Positions 19,377 through 31,280 of a DNA stretch of 64,000 nt are shown piece by piece; position 1 is the first letter of the stretch, and every line of letters starts with the position of its first letter. Source of the DNA: Chthoniobacteraceae bacterium (lineage in GTDB: Bacteria; Verrucomicrobiota; Verrucomicrobiia; Chthoniobacterales; Chthoniobacteraceae); contig JANNXQ010000300.1 in NCBI GenBank assembly GCA_031409655.1, positions 1 through 64,000 of the forward strand. The letters run 5' to 3'. Both the position numbers and the translations under genes were made by a program. The notes under the pieces are model-generated. The model did no database searches, was not told the origin of the DNA, and saw only the letters and a list, made by a program, of their open reading frames with translations.

Positions 19377-19460
19377 GATTTCAGATTTGGGATTTCAGAT
19401 TTCAGATTGGATTCACTCCCGAGCGCTAATTCGACTGCAATCTGCGATCTGCAATCTGAA
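19377..19460. repeat. Inverted heptamer tandem array (GATTTCA / CTGCAAT)
   Basis: GATTTCA GATTTGG GATTTCA GATTTCA GATTGG ... CTGCAAT CTGCGAT CTGCAAT CTGAA; fills the amidase-nnr intergenic gap. Confidence 0.85.
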
Positions 19461-19467
19461 CTTTTCC

Positions 19468-20067
19468 TCAGCGATATCGGGCGATGATGCCATTCGCAAT
19501 GGCGTCCGCGAGCCGCTGGCGGTGCGTGGCGGAGCGGGCGATCCGCGCGCCTTCCTCGGGATTGGAAAGGAAGCCGCATTCGACGAGGACAGCCGGGCAG
19601 CGCGTCTTGCGGAGGACGTAGAAGGAACGCCGCCGCACGCTGCGATTTTCCGTGCCGGCGGCGGAGACCACGCGTTTGTGGATGGAGGAAGCGAGGCCGG
19701 AACTGGCGCTGCCGTAGTAGTAGGTCTCGATGCCGCTGGCCGTTTTGCGCGGGGCGGCGTTGAAGTGGATGCTGATGAAGATGGCGCTGAGCTGGCGATT
19801 GGCGATGGCGCAACGCTGATCGAGTGAGACGAAGTAATCGCCGCTGCGCGTCATCACGGTGCGATAGCCAGCACTGCGCAGGCGGGACGAGAGGCGCTTG
19901 GCGACATCGAGGGCGTAGATTTTCTCGGCATACCGCTGCCCGGGCACGCCGCCGCGATCGTGACCACCATGGCCGGCGTCGATGACCACGGTGCTGATCG
20001 CCAGGGCGGGAGCGCTGGCGAAGATCCAGACCAGCAGAGCGCTGAGGAGAAGACCGGGTCGTGTCAT
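19468..20067 (-). CDS. N-acetylmuramoyl-L-alanine amidase (Amidase_3)
   Basis: IDAGHGG, EK, FISIHFN and PAVLVECGFLSN motifs; signal peptide. Confidence 0.93.
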   Translation of the reverse strand: MTRPGLLLSALLVWIFASAPALAISTVVIDAGHGGHDRGGVPGQRYAEKIYALDVAKRLSSRLRSAGYRTVMTRSGDYFVSLDQRCAIANRQLSAIFISIHFNAAPRKTASGIETYYYGSASSGLASSIHKRVVSAAGTENRSVRRRSFYVLRKTRCPAVLVECGFLSNPEEGARIARSATHRQRLADAIANGIIARYR

Positions 20068-20126
20068 GAAGGGAAATCGAGCGCGGAACTCTTGGCGATA
20101 GGCCGCGGATTGCGAGCGGAAATTAT

Positions 20127-20254
20127 CCCGGGAGCGCCGCCGTCCCGTGCGGCAATGTCGCACCTGCGCGAAGCGCCAAACATCGATCGTCATCTTGAGA
20201 AAGGCGCTGCGCGCGTTTTGGAGGATTGGCGCACGGGACGGCGGCGCTCCCGGG
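20127..20254. repeat. REP-like inverted repeat pair, same family as 11-123
   Basis: CCCGGGAGCGCCGCCGTCCCGTGCG (20127-20151) and its exact reverse complement (20230-20254). Confidence 0.9.
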
Positions 20255-20315
20255 TGTCGGCAGTCGTTGCGCGGAATGCGCGGGCGTGGCTCAATGCCGC
20301 CCTGCTTGCCCGTCC

Positions 20316-22427
20316 ATGAAATTGATCGCCTTCCTCGCCGCCACGTTCTTCACCGCCAGCCCCGCGCCCCCGCAGAAACCGCAAACCCCGGCAGGGGAAG
20401 CGCCTGGCCCGTGGTTGCTCGGGACGATCGGCGTCGGCAAGCTGGCCGACGGTACGATGCAGACGACCGCGCTGAAAGGCCTCGCGATCAAGATCGGCGC
20501 ACACGGCGAGGCGGCGGTCTGCTACGACCTCGACCTGTGCCGCCTGGCCGGCGCGTGGACGGGCGGAAAATTCACGACGCCGATGAACCTGCTGTCGCGC
20601 GGCGAATACCCGACGGCGCTTGGCGACGTAGCCTTCACGACGCCACTGGTCGCGGGCTTCGTCAGCGGCGAAGCGAAGGAGCCGTGGCGTGATCCGCGCC
20701 CTGCTCCCTTTGGTCCGCTGCCGCTGGGGCAGGCGCGGTTCCGGGGCTTTTACGTGCATGGCGACAAGACGATCCTGAAGTGGGAGATCGGCGGAAAGGA
20801 AGTGCTGGAGATGCCTCAATGGGAGGGAGGGAAAGTGGTGCGGTCGATCGAAGGTGAGGTGCCTCCGACGGGCCTTGAGGGCGTTTTTATTCAGCCGACG
20901 AAGGATTTGCGCAGGCTCACGGCGGGTGGTCCGGCGCGCTGGCCGGAGTCCGTCGTCACGCAGGGCGTTCTCTCCTCCGACAAAGATGCGGCCTACGTGG
21001 TGGACACGATCAAGCTGCCCGAAACGAATCCGTGGAATGCGCCGATGTTCGTCGGCGGATTCGACTTTTTCCGCGACGGACGCGCGGCGGTCTGCACCTT
21101 TCATGGGGATGTCTTCATCGTCTCGGGGATCGACGAGAAGCTGGAGCAGGTGACGTGGCGGCGCTTTGCCAGCGGGCTCTATCACGCGCTCGGGCTGAAG
21201 ATCGTGAAGGGCGAGATCTATGTGACGTGCCGCGATGGACTCTGGCGCTTGCAGGATCTGAATGGCGACGGCGAGTGCGATTTCTACGAGGCCTTCAATC
21301 ACGACATCATGGTGACGAAGAGCTTTCATGAATTCGTCTTCGACTTGCAGACCGATCCGCAGGGGAACTTCTACTTTGCCAAAGGCGGGCCGGTGAAGAA
21401 TGGCGGGCACGGCTTCGATGAAATCTGCAAGCATCACGGCTCGCTGCTCCGGGTGTCGCCGGATGGGGCGCGGATGAGCGTCTCGGCCACGGGTTTTCGC
21501 GCGCCAAATGGGATCGGTTGCGGACCCGGCGGCGAGCTGACGACGGGCGACAATGAAGGCACTTGGACACCGGCCTGCAAAATCAACTGGCTCAAGGAAG
21601 GCGGCTTCTACGGCGTGGTGGATCTCGCGCAGCGCACGCCGCCGCCGCCCGACTACGACCGCCCGCTCTGCTGGTTGCCAAAGCGCGTGGACAACAGCGG
21701 CGGCAGCCAGGTCTGGGCGACGAGCGCAAAGTGGGGGCCGTGGCGCGATCAGCTCCTGCACTTGAGCTACGGGCGGTGCGCGCTCTACGGCGTGCTCAAG
21801 GAGGAGGTGCAAATCCCCGATGCGCCGGACTGCTGCGATCGCCAGATGCAGGGTGGAGTGGTGAAATTTCCGCTGAAGTTTGAGAGCGGGATCATGCGCG
21901 CGCGTTTCAATCCCAGGGACGGCCAGCTCTACGTGGCCGGACTGCGCGGGTGGCAGACGAGCGGGGTGAAAAACGGCTGCCTGCAGCGCGTGCGCTACAC
22001 CGGCGCGCCGGTGCGAATGCCGCTGGCGCTGCGGGCGAAGAAGGGTGGGATCGAGATCGAATTTTCCTGCGCTCTGGAGGCGAAGAGCGCGGCGGATGTG
22101 GGGAACTGGAACATCGAGGTCTGGAATTACCTCTGGTCGAGTGCGTATGGGTCGCCGGAAATCTCGACGCTCGCGGTGCACGGCGAGCCAACGGAGTTCG
22201 ACAAGAACGGGGTGCCGCAATTTAGCAAAGAGCAGAAGGCGAAGACGCAGCACGATCCGCTCGCGGTGAAAGCGGTGCGGCTCGGGGCGGATGGGAAGTC
22301 CGTCTTCCTCGAGATCCCGGACCTCAAGCCGGTGATGCAGATGGCGATCCGCTATCAGCTCGGCGCGGCGGACGGCGCGGAGGTCAGCGGCGAAATCGTG
22401 AATACGATCCACGCCTTCGGAGAGTAG
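20316..22427 (+). CDS. DUF6797-like secreted protein with a probable beta-propeller domain
   Basis: Signal peptide; YDLDLCRLAGAWTGG, NPWNA, GFDFF, ATGFRAPNG, DNEGTW and RARFNP.DGQLYV.GLRGWQ resemble this PVC-typical family (recalled). Confidence 0.65.
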   Translation: MKLIAFLAATFFTASPAPPQKPQTPAGEAPGPWLLGTIGVGKLADGTMQTTALKGLAIKIGAHGEAAVCYDLDLCRLAGAWTGGKFTTPMNLLSRGEYPTALGDVAFTTPLVAGFVSGEAKEPWRDPRPAPFGPLPLGQARFRGFYVHGDKTILKWEIGGKEVLEMPQWEGGKVVRSIEGEVPPTGLEGVFIQPTKDLRRLTAGGPARWPESVVTQGVLSSDKDAAYVVDTIKLPETNPWNAPMFVGGFDFFRDGRAAVCTFHGDVFIVSGIDEKLEQVTWRRFASGLYHALGLKIVKGEIYVTCRDGLWRLQDLNGDGECDFYEAFNHDIMVTKSFHEFVFDLQTDPQGNFYFAKGGPVKNGGHGFDEICKHHGSLLRVSPDGARMSVSATGFRAPNGIGCGPGGELTTGDNEGTWTPACKINWLKEGGFYGVVDLAQRTPPPPDYDRPLCWLPKRVDNSGGSQVWATSAKWGPWRDQLLHLSYGRCALYGVLKEEVQIPDAPDCCDRQMQGGVVKFPLKFESGIMRARFNPRDGQLYVAGLRGWQTSGVKNGCLQRVRYTGAPVRMPLALRAKKGGIEIEFSCALEAKSAADVGNWNIEVWNYLWSSAYGSPEISTLAVHGEPTEFDKNGVPQFSKEQKAKTQHDPLAVKAVRLGADGKSVFLEIPDLKPVMQMAIRYQLGAADGAEVSGEIVNTIHAFGE

Positions 22428-22433
22428 CCGCCG

Positions 22434-23552
22434 ATGCGCTACTTCGACCACAACGCGACGCATCCGCTTTCGGCAACGGCTCGGGCAGCGTGGCTGGAGG
22501 CAACGGAGCGTTTCATCGGGAATCCGTCTAGTCCGCATCGGATCGGTGCGCGCGCGGATGCGGCGCTGACGCAGGCGCGTGAAAAGCTCGCGGGCTGGCT
22601 CGGGTGCGAGCCGCTGGAGATCGTCTGGACCTCGGGCGCGACGGAGGCGAACAACACGGCGGTGCAGCATCTCGCGGCGTTGCCGGGTGAAGCCTGGGTC
22701 TCGGCGATCGAGCACCCGTGCCTGCTCGCGGCGACGCGGCGTTCCTTTGCGGGGAGGCATCGACTGATCCCGGTGCGACGCGATGGGACGGTCGATCCGG
22801 CGTGGGTCAGGGCCGCGCTGGTTGCCGCGAAGCCGGCGTTTGTCGCGGTGCTTGCGGCGAACAATGAGACGGGGGTGCTCCAGCCCTGGCGCGAGATCGC
22901 GGAGCAGTGTCGGGCGAAAGGCGTGCCTTTCCTCTGCGATGCGGCGCAATGGGCGGGCCGGCTGCCGGCGGGCGACTTGGGGGAGTGCGATTTCGTGAGC
23001 GGTTGCGCGCACAAGTCCGGCGGACCGCAAGGCGTGGGCTTTCTCAAATGCCCGCCGGATCTCCGCCCGCTGCTGCTCGGCGGCTCCCAGGAAGAAGGGC
23101 GTCGTGCGGGGACGGAAAACGTGGCCGGGGTGCTCGCGATGGTCGCCGCGTTTGAAGCGAGGCACATCGCGCTGGCTGACGGCGCGACGCTCAGCGAGCG
23201 CCGGCAATGGCGGGGTGAATTTGAGCATGCACTCTCTGGAGCGCTCCCAGGTGCCGAGATCGTGGGAGCGAGCGCCGAGCGACTTTGGAACACCGTCTCG
23301 GTGATCATGCCGGAGGCGCGGGACTGCCGGCAGCGCTGGGTGGTGAAACTCGACAAGCTGGGCTTTGCCATCTCGACCGGGTCGGCGTGCGCGAGCGGGA
23401 AGGAAGAGACTTCGCCGGTACTCGCGGCGCTGGGCTACTCGCCAGAGGAAGCGGGACGCGCGCTGCGCTTCAGCAGCGGCTGGGAGACGACGCGCGAGGA
23501 TTGGCGCGCGCTGCTCGGCGGAGTGCGGCAGGCCGCGCGAGAACTGGTCTGA
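22434..23552 (+). CDS. Cysteine desulfurase (IscS/NifS family)
   Basis: YFDHNAT, GNPSS.H, TSGATEANN, NNETG, DAAQ, AHKSGGPQG and STGSACASG motifs. Confidence 0.92.
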   Translation: MRYFDHNATHPLSATARAAWLEATERFIGNPSSPHRIGARADAALTQAREKLAGWLGCEPLEIVWTSGATEANNTAVQHLAALPGEAWVSAIEHPCLLAATRRSFAGRHRLIPVRRDGTVDPAWVRAALVAAKPAFVAVLAANNETGVLQPWREIAEQCRAKGVPFLCDAAQWAGRLPAGDLGECDFVSGCAHKSGGPQGVGFLKCPPDLRPLLLGGSQEEGRRAGTENVAGVLAMVAAFEARHIALADGATLSERRQWRGEFEHALSGALPGAEIVGASAERLWNTVSVIMPEARDCRQRWVVKLDKLGFAISTGSACASGKEETSPVLAALGYSPEEAGRALRFSSGWETTREDWRALLGGVRQAARELV

Positions 23553-23554
23553 AC

Positions 23555-23706
23555 AAGGAGCCGGGGCGCCCTCGCCCCGAGTTTGATACGATCCCGGGGC
23601 GGGGGGGTGGGGGGCTGGCCGCGCTTCACGTGTTCTTACAATGGCGGGGGGGCGCCCGCCCCCCTTTTTTTATCCGCCCCGGGGGGGGGGGCCCCCCGGC
23701 TCCTTG
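23555..23706. repeat. REP-like inverted repeat with a degraded right half
   Basis: Clean left arm AAGGAGCCGGGGCGCCCTCGCCCCG; right arm reads as G/C homopolymer runs ending CCGGCTCCTT. Confidence 0.6.
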
Positions 23707-23724
23707 CGTCTCGCGGCCGCCGGC

Positions 23725-24507
23725 TTACACCGGCTTCTTCGTCGAGCAGCCGAGGAGATTTTGCCGCGCGGCTTCGGTGATGGACTCGAGGTCGAGCATC
23801 GTCAGGAAGTCGATCGTCTTAAACTCGGGGTCGATCGCGGGCGGCCCGCACACTTTCGCCCCGATCGCGAGATAGGCGCGGAGCAGGTGCGGGATGGCGA
23901 TGGGTTTGTCGCCGAGGGGTGCGGCTTCCGGCAGCGTGTGGCCGGGCTTGGCCACGGTGCGGAAGTGCTCCGGCGCGAGATGTTCCTCGCTCAACGAGGC
24001 GTACATCGCGGCGCCGAGGGTGGCGTTTTGGGTGGGGTGTGAGCTGGAGCCGACGAGATACCGCGCGCGCCGGGCCTGGGAGTAGAGGGTGATGCCGCGC
24101 CAGAGGAGGTTCAGGACGCTGCGTTCACGGTGCTCGACGTGGAGGCAGGCGCGGCTGACTTCCACGAGCTCGAAGCGGATCGGGTCGAAGGGCGAAAAAT
24201 CAAAGTGCCGGGCGTGACTGTAGCCGAGATTCAGCGCGGCGAGCTGGCCGGTCTGGAGGCGGCAGGTGGCGACGACGGTGCCGGTGCGGACTTCTTCGAT
24301 GAGCAGATGATCGCAGGCATTTTCAAAGCGGTCGCGGTCGAGGCCCGACAGGTAGGCGGAGTCGAGGCCGAGGCTGAGTTCGACATTGAAGGTCTCGAAC
24401 CGGAGGCGCTGAGCGGCGAGGAGATCACCAGCATTTTGCGCGAGGCGGATTTGATAGCGACCAGCGGCGATCGGTGGCGCACAGGGGGATGAGACGAGGG
24501 AATTCAT
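23725..24507 (-). CDS. GNAT-fold N-acyltransferase (OlsB-like, ornithine lipid type)
   Basis: AAQRLRF, LDRDRFE..CDHLLI, VEVSRAC, LLRAYL.IGAKVCGPPAIDPEF motifs. Confidence 0.85.
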   Translation of the reverse strand: MNSLVSSPCAPPIAAGRYQIRLAQNAGDLLAAQRLRFETFNVELSLGLDSAYLSGLDRDRFENACDHLLIEEVRTGTVVATCRLQTGQLAALNLGYSHARHFDFSPFDPIRFELVEVSRACLHVEHRERSVLNLLWRGITLYSQARRARYLVGSSSHPTQNATLGAAMYASLSEEHLAPEHFRTVAKPGHTLPEAAPLGDKPIAIPHLLRAYLAIGAKVCGPPAIDPEFKTIDFLTMLDLESITEAARQNLLGCSTKKPV

Positions 24508-24590
24508 CAAAGCGAGCGCATACTGTGAATTCCATAGCGACTAAGCAAGCCGCGAAATCGGGAAATTTCAGGTTCCCGGCTCCGGTGATG

Positions 24591-26150
24591 TTATTTCGCG
24601 GGCGAGGGCGGGAGCCAGAGCGTTCGCTTCTTCGACAGGGTCGTGGGTCGAAATCCGTGAGCCTGGGCGTAGGCGAGCAAGGGCTTCTCGAGTTTCTCGG
24701 CCTCTACCCCAGTGAGGATCGCGGCCGGAGGGTCGTTTTGGAGGAATGCTTCCAGATCGGCGGGAGCCACGAGCTTGAGGCGGCGCCGCCGTTCCGGTTC
24801 GGCAAACTCCGCGCTGCGCCACGCGAATGGGCCGGTGGCAAACTCGGGATAGATCCGCCCACCGCCCTCCAGCACCCAGGTCGGCGCGAGAGTGAGCACT
24901 TTGCCGTTCGGCGCGAGCTGCTGAATCGTCAGCCCGAGACTCCGCACCTTCGCGGGAAACCACTCCGCCGGCCGTCCGATGCGCCCGAGCCAGGCAAAGG
25001 CCGACGGGCCACCTTCCCGCAGAGTGGCGATCAGGAGCGAGACGAGGGAGATCGCGGCGAGCGAGCCTGCGAAGATCCGCCGGCGCCCGGTGGATGCCGC
25101 ACCAAAGATCACGCCGAGCACCAGGAGCGGCGCAAAGATGAAGTAGTGCTGATACTGGTACCGCGAGGGCGCGAAGCAGCCAAGCAGCACAAAGGGCAGG
25201 ACGCAGAGGAGCAAGGCGCAGGCGTGGCCGCCAGGCTGGCGGCGCCGCAGCCACGCCCAGCCTGGCCGGATGCCGAGCACGATGTAGCCGAGAAAAAGCG
25301 GCCAGCTCGGGACGATGATCTCCTTCACGAAATACCGCACCTTTCGCCACCACGTCATGGTCCGGCGGATGCGCGTGTTCTCCGGATCGAGCAGGCGGAG
25401 CCGGGGAAATTCCAGATTGCCGAAGAGGAACGCCTCGCGGTCGGTGACGAGAAACCAGAGCGAGGGCGCGCAGGCGGCGATGGTGGCGGCGGTGAAAGTC
25501 GCGGTATGGGCGAGGCGGCGGCGCAGCGGCAGCAGCAGGAGCAGCGGGAAGAGGGCAAATGGGACTGCCACCGGAGCAAAGGTCAGCCGGGTGCCGAGCG
25601 CGAGGCCAATGGCGCCGCCGCTCGCGGCCATGCAAAGGAGCGAGTCCCGCCGGGCCGCCACGAGGTGCAAGAGCACCGCGGCCACGGTCAGAAACGCGGG
25701 TAGCTCATGATTCCACGTCTTCCCGCAGGCGGAAAAGACGGTGAGCGGATCGCTGAGGAAAAGCACCAGCGCACCGCAGCCAAAGAGCCAGCGGGCGAGC
25801 GGTCGGGCGTCGCGCGCCAGCCGCGTGGCGGCGAGGAAACAGAGCACCGCGACGGCGGTGGTGCTGGCGGCGGAGAGGAGTTTCGCGGAGAGCAGGAGCC
25901 GGCCGGTGACGCGGTCCAGCGCGCCGTAGAGGAGGACGAGATTTGGGAGATGAAAGAGCGGGTAGTCGCGGTAGGGCAGGAGGCCCTCGCGGGAGAGGAG
26001 CGCCGCCGGGGCGAGGAACTGATGCTCGTCGTGGTTCAGATCCCGGTCCATGGCCCGGAAGAAGACAAACGCGCAGGCCAGCCCGAGGGTGAGCCAGGTG
26101 AGGATTCGCAGGGAACTGGAGGTCGGTGCGCCCAAGAGGCGGCACTTCAT
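24591..26150 (-). CDS. Multi-pass membrane glycosyltransferase-like protein (GT-C, ArnT/PMT-like)
   Basis: N-terminal TM then NHDE...LPYRDY..FHLP loop; many TM segments; soluble C-terminal domain. Confidence 0.65.
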   Translation of the reverse strand: MKCRLLGAPTSSSLRILTWLTLGLACAFVFFRAMDRDLNHDEHQFLAPAALLSREGLLPYRDYPLFHLPNLVLLYGALDRVTGRLLLSAKLLSAASTTAVAVLCFLAATRLARDARPLARWLFGCGALVLFLSDPLTVFSACGKTWNHELPAFLTVAAVLLHLVAARRDSLLCMAASGGAIGLALGTRLTFAPVAVPFALFPLLLLLPLRRRLAHTATFTAATIAACAPSLWFLVTDREAFLFGNLEFPRLRLLDPENTRIRRTMTWWRKVRYFVKEIIVPSWPLFLGYIVLGIRPGWAWLRRRQPGGHACALLLCVLPFVLLGCFAPSRYQYQHYFIFAPLLVLGVIFGAASTGRRRIFAGSLAAISLVSLLIATLREGGPSAFAWLGRIGRPAEWFPAKVRSLGLTIQQLAPNGKVLTLAPTWVLEGGGRIYPEFATGPFAWRSAEFAEPERRRRLKLVAPADLEAFLQNDPPAAILTGVEAEKLEKPLLAYAQAHGFRPTTLSKKRTLWLPPSPAK

Positions 26151-26204
26151 AGTCCTGCGCGCGAAGCGTGGCAAGGAACGCCACTCGATCCCGCAGCGAT
26201 CCCC

Positions 26205-26244
26205 AAAAAACGAATCCCCCTCGTTCCGTTGCCGGAACGAGGGG
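26205..26244 (-). terminator. Rho-independent terminator after the PEP-CTERM gene
   Basis: Minus strand CCCCTCGTTCCG-GCAA-CGGAACGAGGGG followed by GATTCGTTTTTT. Confidence 0.75.
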
Positions 26245-26275
26245 AACCGTGGGGGGAGGGATTCTTTCAGTAGGA

Positions 26276-27040
26276 CTAGACCTTGGCGGGCACTGGCTGG
26301 CGACGACGGCTGCGGCCCATGTCGCGGAAGGCAACGAAGGAACCGAGCACGAGGCCCGCGAGCGCCGTGGCCGGCTCCGGGACCGCCGCTGGAGCGAAGC
26401 CGGACGTGATCGCAGTGCCAAAGCTGGACACGACCTCACTATTCACGCTCTGGAAGAAACGCGCATTCGTGCGGATGAGCAGGAACTCCGAAGTTTGGCC
26501 GGAATCGACATTGCCTGGACCGCCAAGGAACCCCGACGGATCGAAGTCAAAACTAGCAGTATCCGACGCGATAGTCGGGAGCCTGTCCGCGCTGAAAGCG
26601 GGCTTGGTGCCGATCACATTGCCACCAAAGTTAAGACCGATTCCGGTGAGACCATTGGTGACGTAGTTCATCTCCAATTGATCGCCTGCGCCCGTCCCAA
26701 AGTCGTTGAATCCATCAAGGGCGAGTCGAAAAATATCCGAACCCAAGCCCGGTCCGCCCGGGGTCGTGTTCGCAACTTGAAAATAAAAGTCGAGCAGACC
26801 AGAACCATTCTGGACCACGACTGACCGGAGAGTGCCCTGGAACAGAGCGCTCGGTTCGACGAAACCAACGGTCAAGTCACCGACGACATTACCGCCAAAG
26901 TTCGTCGTGCCTGCGAGAGGCACTGGGCCACCACCGGGAGCGACCAAGGCGGCTTGGCTAGTGGTCATGGCGACGATTGAAAGAATGCCCGTTAAAGGAG
27001 CAGCCCAACGTTTTAATTGATTCATATTTTTTGCGTTCAT
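26276..27040 (-). CDS. PEP-CTERM sorting-domain protein
   Basis: Signal peptide; Gly/Ser/Thr-rich body; C-terminal AVPEPAT + hydrophobic helix + RSRRR. Confidence 0.9.
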   Translation of the reverse strand: MNAKNMNQLKRWAAPLTGILSIVAMTTSQAALVAPGGGPVPLAGTTNFGGNVVGDLTVGFVEPSALFQGTLRSVVVQNGSGLLDFYFQVANTTPGGPGLGSDIFRLALDGFNDFGTGAGDQLEMNYVTNGLTGIGLNFGGNVIGTKPAFSADRLPTIASDTASFDFDPSGFLGGPGNVDSGQTSEFLLIRTNARFFQSVNSEVVSSFGTAITSGFAPAAVPEPATALAGLVLGSFVAFRDMGRSRRRQPVPAKV

Positions 27041-27425
27041 TTCGGTTCGAATTTGGAAACTTGCAGCGACCGGCGATTAGGTTTTTGCGATTTCGGCGCT
27101 GCTTTTCTAGGGAATACTCAATTCTCCGAGGCTTCGTCAAATTATTTTCACAGAAATTATAAGGCGTGTCGATGAGCCCCCTGAGCCGCAGGGAGGAATC
27201 GCACCTCCTTTCCGGGGGTGTGAAAGGTGGCCGTTTCCGCATTTGCATCCTTGTCGAATCCCGAGCGGGCACGGATGACGACGAGGATGGAGAAGAAGAT
27301 GCAGAGGAGGATAAGGAGGGAAGCATTCGCCGAACGACCTGTGTGCTGGCCATGGGACTCCCGATCGCGCGGGTTCTCGTGGCCTCGGGGCTTGTGTCGC
27401 CCGTCCTGCCTGCAATGCTCGCCAA

Positions 27426-28112
27426 ATGCCCACCCGCTTCCTTCGCCTCGTAGCGCTCGCTATTGCACCCCTCATTTCCGGATGCGCCAACCAGCCGGCG
27501 GGGAAGCGACGTGACCTTTCGGGCATCCGCAAAGTCGCGGTCAGCTACGCGCCTGCGGATGCACTTGGCACGGGCGAGCCTTCCGTCGCCGGAAAGATCG
27601 CCGGGCGGGCGGTGCGGCACGGGGTTTCCATCGGTCTCGGCAGCCTGCAGCTCGGACTTTTCGCCGGCTTGATCGGTGACGTGGCGGATCTCTCGCACTC
27701 TTCATCGAAGAAGGGCGGCCGCAATGTCTCCCAGGAAGTGCTCACCCTCTTGAGCGCTGCGCGCACCGATCCCGCCTGGCTGGTGGCCCAGCGGACTCAG
27801 GCCGAGGTCACCCGTGGTGGGCGGTTCACGATCAGCCAGACAAATCCCGACGCGCTCTTCGACTTCGAGCTGCGGCAAGCGCGTCTCGAGCCTGTGGACC
27901 GGCTCGGTTTCCAGCAGCGCGCCGTCCTCGGGGTCAAGGCGAGCCTCCGCGACCGGGCCGGCGGGTTGGTGTGGAACGGCGAAAGTGTCGTGACTTCCGC
28001 GCGGAGCCGGACGTGGCAGGAATACCGGGAGCGACCGACGCGATTGCGTGCGGAATTCGACGTGCTGGCGCGGATCGTGGCGCGGGACTTGGTGGCCGAT
28101 CTCGGACGCTAA
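27426..28112 (+). CDS. Hypothetical lipoprotein
   Basis: Lipobox ISGC after a hydrophobic stretch; only plausible ORF in the interval. Confidence 0.65.
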   Translation: MPTRFLRLVALAIAPLISGCANQPAGKRRDLSGIRKVAVSYAPADALGTGEPSVAGKIAGRAVRHGVSIGLGSLQLGLFAGLIGDVADLSHSSSKKGGRNVSQEVLTLLSAARTDPAWLVAQRTQAEVTRGGRFTISQTNPDALFDFELRQARLEPVDRLGFQQRAVLGVKASLRDRAGGLVWNGESVVTSARSRTWQEYRERPTRLRAEFDVLARIVARDLVADLGR

Positions 28113-28146
28113 CCTTCCTCCTTCGAACTAGGGAGGAAGAGGAAGA

Positions 28147-31056
<2,910 letters not shown>

Positions 31057-31280
31057 CGGCGGAGGCTAGAAAGCGCGCCGGGTGAAGCAAGCGGGATTTG
31101 GCAAACGCTCTCTCTCGATACGAGCAAGACCTCCAGCGGACGCACCGCGGACGAAGTCTGGGCCAGGAATCCAACGGGAAGGTTCGTCATTTGTAGGTTT
31201 GACACCGACACCGCCGCTGCCTTTCCTTGCCACCGCAAACACGCCAGCACGGCTTCGCTGGCCACATCCCCTCAGCCATT

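Noticed and set aside
20190..23228. 1012-aa minus-strand ORF
   Set aside because: Antisense shadow of two motif-supported plus-strand genes; Arg/Ala/Pro-rich with no motifs, typical of GC-rich DNA.
27166..27453. 95-aa ORF with an acidic run, and purine-rich hexamer-like tracts at ~27275-27320, 28131-28160 and 50607-50635
   Set aside because: The ORF has no protein-like features. The tracts may be decayed hexamer arrays but are too degenerate to call.
31057..31280. Glycine riboswitch upstream of gcvP
   Set aside because: I could not find the GGAGA / CCGAAG / CTCAGG core on the minus strand; an Infernal scan would settle it.
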